Origin: Abditibacteriaceae bacterium
GTDB lineage: Bacteria; Armatimonadota; Abditibacteriia; Abditibacteriales; Abditibacteriaceae
Direction of reading: 5' to 3'
Length of the DNA stretch: 20,031 nucleotides
Assembly (NCBI GenBank): GCA_031425655.1
Contig: JANPJS010000264.1
Location: 1-20,031 of the forward strand
The position numbers and the translations under genes are program-made. Of the stretch, positions 1 through 6,626 are shown one piece after another (the stretch's first letter is position 1; every line of letters begins with the position of its first letter). The notes beneath the pieces are model-generated. The model made no database searches. It was not told where the DNA came from and was given only the letters and a program-made list of their open reading frames with translations.

Positions 1-5
1 CGCAG

Positions 6-31
6 AGATTCTTCGCAAGCTCAGAATGACA
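6..31. repeat. REP-like palindromic repeat arm (AGATTCTTCG...CTCAGAATGACA); partner probably lies outside the window
   Basis: Resembles the widespread GTCATTCTGAG..CGAAGAATCT intergenic repeat type, recognised from memory. Lies downstream of the first CDS. Confidence 0.5.
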
Positions 32-96
32 ACCCTTCTTGAATTTGCCCGCCTAACATATTCCACTGCGTGAGGTGAGCCGATAAATTATCCCGC

Positions 97-1728
97 TTAA
101 AATTCAGGATGACCCGGCCCGCCTTCAAATTTTTCGGGTTGGCCGGGCACGAAATCTACGACTTGCTTTTGCCGGCGCAGCTTTTCCTGCAAAACCGGCA
201 TATCCAAGTTTTGCACCGCTTGATTCGCTTTGGCTGCTGTCGCCGCCGCCACGCCCGCCGCGTGGCCGGCGATCATCCACACGCTTTCCAAGCGATAAGT
301 GCAAAACGCGACGTGCGACAAACTGGCGGCGCCCGGCACCAATAAATTGCTGCACTCTTCGGCTTTTGGCGTCAGCGCGCGATAGGGAATTTGATAAGCG
401 TAGCCGATGCGCCAGATGCGCCCCTCGTTGACGAATTCTGTCGGAGAAAGCGCCACGCGCTGCACATGATGGCAATCTATGAAATGCGACGAGATACCAA
501 TGGAATCGGGCTTGCGGCGCTCCTCTGTGACATCGCGCTGTGTAACAATATACGCGCCGCGCATTCGCCGCGCCTCGCGCACATAAAGCTGATAAGGCAA
601 GTTGCCGTTATCGGGAAATTCATCCTTGTGCAAGCCCCAACTCCGCATTTCAGCGCGCACGGTTTCAGGCACGCTGTTGTCACTTGCTAAAAAATGCAAC
701 AGGCCCAGCGTGTAATTCAGGTGATCTTGGAAAATGGCTTCGCGCGTCACGTAATCGGCATCCGGCCAGTTGAATTGACCTCCGAAATGTCCCAGTGAAA
801 TGATCGCGTCCTGCTTGTTATTGACCTCGAATTTACCGTTGCGCCGTGCGTAAAAATCGAGCAAATGCGTAAGTTTTACGTCTTCGCCACGCGCTTTTTT
901 TTCGGACAGCCAATTTTCCAGCAGGCGATAGCGGCTGCGGTCGTAATTCTTCGGCGCGGGAATCGGGACTCGCTTTGCGGGGTCTTTGGTGACGCACAGG
1001 CGAAAATTATAATTCATCGGCTTGAGGTCGCCGGCGCCTTCTTTTAAATCCTTCGCCCAAGCGCTGATGCCGGGCAGCAAGTTGCCTTTATCATCCACGG
1101 TCGCGGCTTTGCGAACCCGTTTGTCCAAGCGGATGCCCGCCGCTTCTTCGCCGTATTCAGCGCTCGATTCGCGTCCAAAGGTGTAGCCCACGCCGGAATG
1201 CGCCATCAGGTCGCCTTCGTAGCTGGCATCTACGAAAACTTTGCCCGTTACTGAGCTGCCGTCGGTCAATTGGATACTCTGGATTTTTCGGCCTTCCGCC
1301 ATGACTGCGTAGTCGAATGGAACACCGGACAGCACTTCGACTTTGGCTTCAGCCAGCATTGCATTGTAGACCTTTTCAGCGACCGACGATTCAAAATAAA
1401 ATTCCGCTTTGCCGGTGCCATATTCCTTGCCCAACCTCTCATAAAACTCGCGCGCGATGCCGCCGATTGTCCATTTCAGCATATGCTCGCTTTCGGCGGT
1501 GTTGATGCCGCTGGTGCTTAAGCCGCCAACGTGCTTCGTCGGCTCGATCAGCAGCACACGCGAGCCTTCGCGCGCGGCGGCGATGGCGGCAGCGATGCCA
1601 CATGGCACACCCGAATAAACGACCACATCATAATTTTGCATGGCAGGCTTGTCCGCTCCCCGAACCAGATTCGGCGAAAAAAGCAGCATGACACAGAGAA
1701 TTTGCGCGAAAACAGCAAGTTTTTTCAT
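97..1728 (-). CDS. Secreted FAD-dependent oxidoreductase (FAD_oxidored-type family)
   Basis: Signal peptide-like N-terminus. Rossmann start DVVVYSGVPCGIAAAIAAAREG, GGLSTSG, FVDASYEGDL, YVREARRM, YQIPYRALTP, NLLVP. The ATG at 1728 overlaps the upstream stop (TGATG); alternative GTG at 1731. Confidence 0.88.
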   Translation of the reverse strand: MKKLAVFAQILCVMLLFSPNLVRGADKPAMQNYDVVVYSGVPCGIAAAIAAAREGSRVLLIEPTKHVGGLSTSGINTAESEHMLKWTIGGIAREFYERLGKEYGTGKAEFYFESSVAEKVYNAMLAEAKVEVLSGVPFDYAVMAEGRKIQSIQLTDGSSVTGKVFVDASYEGDLMAHSGVGYTFGRESSAEYGEEAAGIRLDKRVRKAATVDDKGNLLPGISAWAKDLKEGAGDLKPMNYNFRLCVTKDPAKRVPIPAPKNYDRSRYRLLENWLSEKKARGEDVKLTHLLDFYARRNGKFEVNNKQDAIISLGHFGGQFNWPDADYVTREAIFQDHLNYTLGLLHFLASDNSVPETVRAEMRSWGLHKDEFPDNGNLPYQLYVREARRMRGAYIVTQRDVTEERRKPDSIGISSHFIDCHHVQRVALSPTEFVNEGRIWRIGYAYQIPYRALTPKAEECSNLLVPGAASLSHVAFCTYRLESVWMIAGHAAGVAAATAAKANQAVQNLDMPVLQEKLRRQKQVVDFVPGQPEKFEGGPGHPEF

Positions 1729-2582
1729 CACATATAGCCGGCAACGCCCAACAATTCGCGCATTTCATCGCTTAGATCATCTTGCTGCAAAAGCTGCTGA
1801 GTCAGGCCATTTTCGGGTTTCACGCCGTAAATCGAGTGCTTTTGCCACGCCGGGCCGTATCCCATAAGCAAAAGGCGCCGCAGCGTGCCGCCGGGCTGCG
1901 TGGCCAAGGCGCGGTGCCATAAAGCGCCGTGCGCAATCACGCAACTGCCCGCCGGAACCTTCAAAATGACTTGTCCGGCTTTGTTTTCCAAGTCGCCGCG
2001 TTCCAAATCGCGCTCCGTCCATTGATGCGAGCCGGGAACCACGCAAAGCGGGCCGTTCAGGTCGTTCAAATCGTCGAGGTAAATCAACGCATCAAGAGTT
2101 TGCGGGCGCGCAAAAAGTGGCGGGAGCGGGTCGGGAATCAGTCGTTGATGAAAGTGCCACTCGACTTCCTGATGAGGGTCATCGGGAAAGCAAACGCGCG
2201 CCGTGAATCCGCGTGACTGCACCCACGGCCCAAACAGCGCCCGCGCGATGGAAACCACCGGCGGGAAATCCAGCATTTCCAAAAACGCCGGATGCTTGTC
2301 CGTCAGGTGGCGCAAGAAAATGCCGCCAAACGATTGCTTGCCGCCCTGCTCAACGTGCTGATCTTTAGCAACGCATTCGTCTAAAGCCGCGCGCAGCCGT
2401 TCGATTTCACTGTGCGGCAGCAAGTTTTCGCGCACGAGATAGCCATCGCGCACGAATTGCTGAATTTCGTCGGGTGTAGCCAGCACTTCAACGCGGCGCG
2501 TCGGGTTGCCTTTGTGCGCGTCACGCACGCGATAATCAATAACGTGACGGCCCGGAATGCTGGATTCGTTGAATTGGATCAT
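1728..2582 (-). CDS. Phytanoyl-CoA dioxygenase (PhyH)-family Fe(II)/2-oxoglutarate-type oxygenase
   Basis: QFVRDGYLV, IYLDD..NGPLCVVPGSH, PAGS...HGALWHRA and a distal Arg are PhyH hallmarks. The first metal motif reads WHFH rather than WHxD. Confidence 0.85.
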   Translation of the reverse strand: MIQFNESSIPGRHVIDYRVRDAHKGNPTRRVEVLATPDEIQQFVRDGYLVRENLLPHSEIERLRAALDECVAKDQHVEQGGKQSFGGIFLRHLTDKHPAFLEMLDFPPVVSIARALFGPWVQSRGFTARVCFPDDPHQEVEWHFHQRLIPDPLPPLFARPQTLDALIYLDDLNDLNGPLCVVPGSHQWTERDLERGDLENKAGQVILKVPAGSCVIAHGALWHRALATQPGGTLRRLLLMGYGPAWQKHSIYGVKPENGLTQQLLQQDDLSDEMRELLGVAGYM

Positions 2583-2624
2583 AGTGAAACGGGCATCGGC
2601 CCCACTCTCACAACATAAGCCGAT

Positions 2625-3638
2625 TTACATTTTCGTAGCAGGCAATGCGGGCGCATTGCTTTCCATTTTCAGGCGTTGCACTAAAGCGTCGGCAAAAGCG
2701 CCGCCTAATTTTACCGCGAAGCCGTCACTCCAACTTGTGACTAACGCTCCCAAACTGTCGTTCTGCGACTGCGATTCCATGCTGCCAAACAAGCCTCCAG
2801 AGGATAGATTCTTCACCGGGGGAGCGCCTTTGGCCACATCTATCTTCACATTACCTAATTTTGCTGCTGCCGCGATGGTTTCGTGCAGGCCGCCTAATTC
2901 GTCAATGAGGCCGTTGGTTTTGGCCTGCTGGCCCGTAAAAACGCGTCCATCGGCCAATTTGAGCAGTTGGGCACGCGTCAGTTTTTTCTTGCGCCCGGCC
3001 AGCACATCGCTCACGAACTGTTGATAGATATTCTGAATCAGCGCGCGTTGCATCTGCTGGTGCGCCGGATTGATAGGGCCGAAGGGGTTGCCCATATCCT
3101 TGAAATTTCCCGATTTTTGCGTGGCATCGCGCACGCCGTATTTGTTCAACAATCCCGCAAAATTAAGCGACTGTGAAATCACGCCGATGGAGCCGGTGAC
3201 CGTGGAAGCGTTGGCGTAAATTTTGTCGCACGCCGCAGCGACGTAATAGCCTCCCGAAGCCGCCGCATCGCCCATTGAACACAACACCGGCTTCTGCTGA
3301 CGCAGGCGACCAATGGCTTGATACATTTCCTGCGAGGCCGCCGGAGAACCGCCCGGCGAATTGATGCGAACAACGACGGCCTTGATGCTCTTGTCACGTC
3401 CGGCCCGCTCCACATCGCTGATGAACTCACGCGCGCCGCCACGACTGACGCCCAGCATCGAAGTCGCGCCCTGATCGGTGATAACACCCGAATACTCAAT
3501 CAGACCAACGCGCCCGCCGGCCATGCCGGCGCCAGAACCTATCAGCGCCAAAACCGCCATGCCCAGACCGCCGACGAGGAGAAAAAGAAATGTGCCCAGC
3601 GCGATCCAGGGCCACGACGAAGAACGAGATTGTTTCAT
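2625..3638 (-). CDS. sppA: Signal peptide peptidase SppA (36K type, peptidase S49)
   Basis: N-terminal transmembrane anchor. Motifs RINSPGGS, SMGDAAASGGYY, TGSIGV, KSGNFKD, DGRVFTGQQA..GLIDELG. Start is ATG 3638 or GTG 3644. Confidence 0.93.
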   Translation of the reverse strand: MKQSRSSSWPWIALGTFLFLLVGGLGMAVLALIGSGAGMAGGRVGLIEYSGVITDQGATSMLGVSRGGAREFISDVERAGRDKSIKAVVVRINSPGGSPAASQEMYQAIGRLRQQKPVLCSMGDAAASGGYYVAAACDKIYANASTVTGSIGVISQSLNFAGLLNKYGVRDATQKSGNFKDMGNPFGPINPAHQQMQRALIQNIYQQFVSDVLAGRKKKLTRAQLLKLADGRVFTGQQAKTNGLIDELGGLHETIAAAAKLGNVKIDVAKGAPPVKNLSSGGLFGSMESQSQNDSLGALVTSWSDGFAVKLGGAFADALVQRLKMESNAPALPATKM

Positions 3639-3687
3639 AAACACATCCGAAAATACGAGAATCGGTATTAGCTTAGTTTAATCAGAT

Positions 3688-3730
3688 AAAAAACAACAAC
3701 CCCCGCCGCAAAAGCGGCGAGGGTTGTTTT
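3688..3730 (-). terminator. Rho-independent terminator after the SLH gene
   Basis: Hairpin AACAACCCCCGCCGC-AAAA-GCGGCGAGGGTTGTT with T-runs on both strands, 30 nt after the stop at 3760. Confidence 0.8.
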
Positions 3731-3759
3731 CCTGCTTCCAACGCTACTTTCGGATTCGA

Positions 3760-5718
3760 TTAGAAGCCGATGTTGGCGCCGACGCGGAAGTAAGGAACGG
3801 ACGGGGTCGGGCCGGAAATCTGCTGACGACCATACTTCAATTCCAGATCGAGGCCGGGCGTCACGTTGAACTGCGTGCCGACGCTCCAAACTGAACCCAG
3901 ATTGATGCCACCGGTGCCATGGGCGTTATACCAGCGGAAGTCAATCGGAGTGCGACGCAGGAACGAAACGGGCACACGAACCGTGCCGGTCACGTCGAAG
4001 GCACGCTTGGCAGCCATGAAATTGGCACCGCCGGCGCCACCGTTGCCGTTGACCATCGGAGCGCCCAACGCCATCGGACGGTCGAAGATCGCTTCGGCGT
4101 AGGTGCGAGCATACGGGTTAGCCGAGGAGGCCACGAAATACTCGAAGCCATTTTCCGCCGCGCCATAAGCCGCGTTCAGATCAAGAATCTTGCTGCGCAA
4201 CACCGGAAGGGTGATGTTGTAAGCATGAGGATCGCCGGCTGTTCTGACGCCGTTGAATGCCCGCTGCTGTTTGACGAATTCAATGCCAATCGTGCGCTTG
4301 AACAAGGGCAGGCTCAGGTCGTAGCTGTAGCCTTCCTGATTCTGCACGCCGGCCAGCAACTTGGTGATGCCCAATTCAACCGGACGTCCACCGATGCGGA
4401 ACAGGCTGGCGCTGGCACGAATCAAAGCTTCGTTGCTTTCGAGGAACGCTCCGCCAGCGGGAAGATCGGCGGTGCCCGCGAAACCGGCAACGGCACCTAA
4501 GCCGCCAACGATGTTGGAACCGAGGTATTTAACCGCACCGGAATCCAGGTAAGGATTGCCCACATTGGGTCGGCCTGTTCCGGTGTTCTGGTCGCCGACG
4601 CCGAGCGTGCTTGCGCCGTCGCTGGAGCCGAGGAAACCGCTGAACTTGATCGGGCCGATGTTACCCATCGCGTGGGCTTGATCGGTCGGGGACAGATCGT
4701 TGTCGTAAAGCAAACCTTGAGCGATTTTGGTGCGCTGACGCCCCAAAACTGCCGACAGATTCTTGACGATGAACGGCTTCTTGTCGGTCATGTCGGCCAC
4801 TGCGTAAGCTTCACGCAGATAAGCGCCGCCTTCGGAATCGCCCGCCCACTGATCTTCCTGCGTGTTGCCCAACGAGCGCAACGCAGCGCTGGCGCTGAGA
4901 CGATCCGAGATGCGGTCGGTGAGGCGCAGTTCAAAGTCGGTGTAGCCGAATTTGGTGTCGCCCACGCGACTCGCACGATTCGGAATGCTGCGGCCCGGAA
5001 GTGCGATGAAACCCAAACCGCCGGCAGCGTTGCCGCCGTTGACGATGACACGGCCAGGGCCGCCGGGGAAGGCGCCTACAGTGCCGTTGTCAATCGCGCC
5101 GTAAAGACCGGTGCGTCCCAACAAGCCCATCGAGATGGTAGTGCGCGGCGGAGCAACTTTCTTGTTCTCCAACGCCAGCACGCGACCTTCGAGCGCACTG
5201 ACGCGCACGCCCAAACGAGCCAGTTCGTCGGCGAACTCTTTACGGAGCGCGGCGATCAGGTCGTTGACTTCCCGACGCGTGATAAAATCGGCGATGTCAC
5301 GCTTGAACACCAAGTCCGGCAACTGCGGGCCGGCGGGGCCAGTTGCACCAGCCGCACCAGTCGCGCCGGTTGCACCAGTCGCGCCGGTCGCACCTGTTGC
5401 GCCGGTTGCACCAGTCGCGCCGGGTGCACCGCCCCCTGTCGTCTGCGTCGGAATCTTGCCCAGCAAGCGGGCGATGGCGACCGCGAATTCGTAGCGGGTC
5501 ATCGGCTGCGCGCCGTAGTAGTTGCCATCCGGGCGGCCTTCGAGAATGCCGGCCTGGCTCAACTTGTTGATGGCCTCATAGGCCCAGTGTCCACGCGGCA
5601 CGTCCGGGTATTCCGCGTTGGCCGGTTGTGCTTGCGCCGGAGCTACCAGCTTCGGTGCCACAATGGCCGGAGCAGCCGCGGCAAACGCGACCATTACTCC
5701 TAAAGCTTTTCGCTTCAT
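3760..5718 (-). CDS. S-layer homology (SLH) domain outer-membrane protein, OmpM/SlpA-like, with collagen-like stalk
   Basis: Signal peptide ending AQA. SLH motif YPDVPRGHWAYEAI..L...GILEG.PDG...MTRYEFAVAIARL, 12 Gly-X-Y triplets, coiled coil LRKEFADELARLGVRVSALE, amphipathic beta-strands and C-terminal Phe. AAGGAG lies 8 nt before ATG 5718 (alternative 5724). Confidence 0.88.
   Translation of the reverse strand: MKRKALGVMVAFAAAAPAIVAPKLVAPAQAQPANAEYPDVPRGHWAYEAINKLSQAGILEGRPDGNYYGAQPMTRYEFAVAIARLLGKIPTQTTGGGAPGATGATGATGATGATGATGATGAAGATGPAGPQLPDLVFKRDIADFITRREVNDLIAALRKEFADELARLGVRVSALEGRVLALENKKVAPPRTTISMGLLGRTGLYGAIDNGTVGAFPGGPGRVIVNGGNAAGGLGFIALPGRSIPNRASRVGDTKFGYTDFELRLTDRISDRLSASAALRSLGNTQEDQWAGDSEGGAYLREAYAVADMTDKKPFIVKNLSAVLGRQRTKIAQGLLYDNDLSPTDQAHAMGNIGPIKFSGFLGSSDGASTLGVGDQNTGTGRPNVGNPYLDSGAVKYLGSNIVGGLGAVAGFAGTADLPAGGAFLESNEALIRASASLFRIGGRPVELGITKLLAGVQNQEGYSYDLSLPLFKRTIGIEFVKQQRAFNGVRTAGDPHAYNITLPVLRSKILDLNAAYGAAENGFEYFVASSANPYARTYAEAIFDRPMALGAPMVNGNGGAGGANFMAAKRAFDVTGTVRVPVSFLRRTPIDFRWYNAHGTGGINLGSVWSVGTQFNVTPGLDLELKYGRQQISGPTPSVPYFRVGANIGF
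5323..5430 (-). repeat. 9-bp tandem repeat encoding 12 collagen-like Gly-X-Y triplets (mostly Gly-Ala-Thr)
   Basis: Twelve in-frame 9-mers encoding GAP-(GAT)7-GAA-GAT-GPA-GPQ, with synonymous variation between units. Confidence 0.92.
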
Positions 5719-6306
5719 TTTCATTTCTCCTTAATTTCCCTGCGGTAAAACCGCAAAATCACGTTGTGTTCTCCGGCTGAGAAAATTTCAACCAGATAAC
5801 TTGTGTCGCGCATTTCAAGCACGACGGGTGCATCTGCGTTCATAAGAAAAATTTCTCATGTTCGCGGACGGCGATTACAGCAGAAGGGCAAGGAAGGCTG
5901 GGAGATCGAAAGGTAAATGAAACCGTTAAGTTGACTTCGCTTTAAGCGGGCCGGTAACAAACGGACTGAAGTGTGTGAGTTTCCATGTTTCCTCCACACG
6001 GCCCGACGCCACTGACTTTTTAAGGCGATACGTCTTCTTTACGGCAACAACCAACTTCTGATCTTTTCTGCGCAACCAAGCCGGCTACCGATTCGCCGAC
6101 CTTTTACCGTTCATCACTTCGCAGTATCGCATCCAAACTTTGCCTGTAGAAAGACATTTTCTGCCGGAAAACACGGAAAACTTTCGCTTTTCGTGGTGGG
6201 ACACGGCTTTAACATCTTTACAACGAGCGCGGCTCAAACGAGATACATCAGGGAACGACGAAACGGCAAAGGATAAAAACACTCGAAAGCGTTTTCCATC
6301 CGCCCT

Positions 6307-6336
6307 ATTATACCCAGAATCCGCGCCGTCTGCCAA
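6307..6336 (-). promoter_or_regulatory. Sigma70-type promoter upstream of the SLH gene
   Basis: Minus strand TTGGCA-N18-TATAAT (perfect -10). A UUCG-loop hairpin begins at 6301, about where transcription would start. Confidence 0.65.
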
Positions 6337-6458
6337 GACTTTTTCAGGCAACGCACTTACGGGTTTTTGAGCGATTCAGAACACTTGCAATGCGTCCGCA
6401 TGATACAAGACGGATTCACGCGATTCCATAGCAAAAACAGTGCCCGTTTTTCAGCCTT

Positions 6459-6622
6459 AACCCGACTTGCTACCCGATAAGAATTTTTGGAGTGCGCGCA
6501 CTGGTTCGCGCTTTCAAGAGCCGGCTGGCCGGCATTAAACCGCTCAAACAACCTCGGACGCCAACGAAACGACACAAATAGCGGCGACCAGTCGCCGCAC
6601 TCCATAGACCGCAAGTCGGGTT
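6459..6622. mobile_element. MITE/REPIN-like element 1 with 12-bp terminal inverted repeat enclosing a TGGAGTGCG-type REP pair
   Basis: AACCCGACTTGC (6459-6470) / GCAAGTCGGGTT (6611-6622). Inner inverted 27-mers at 6488-6514 and 6578-6604, each with its own internal palindrome. Confidence 0.65.
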
Positions 6623-6626
6623 GACC

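Noticed and set aside
4672..5703. 343-aa plus-strand ORF (and nested 5111-5494, 5343-5570)
   Set aside because: Antisense shadow of the SLH gene. The repetitive peptides are the collagen repeat read in other frames.
6075..6150. Second riboswitch-like fragment (GGCAAAG...GGTAGCCGG on the minus strand)
   Set aside because: The intervening P2 stem and GACGCAAA element are missing.
6085..6614. Short ORFs 6085-6351, 6140-6370 and 6357-6614
   Set aside because: No RBS or motifs. They overlap the promoter, leader hairpin and repeat element (MECGDWSPL is the REP translated).
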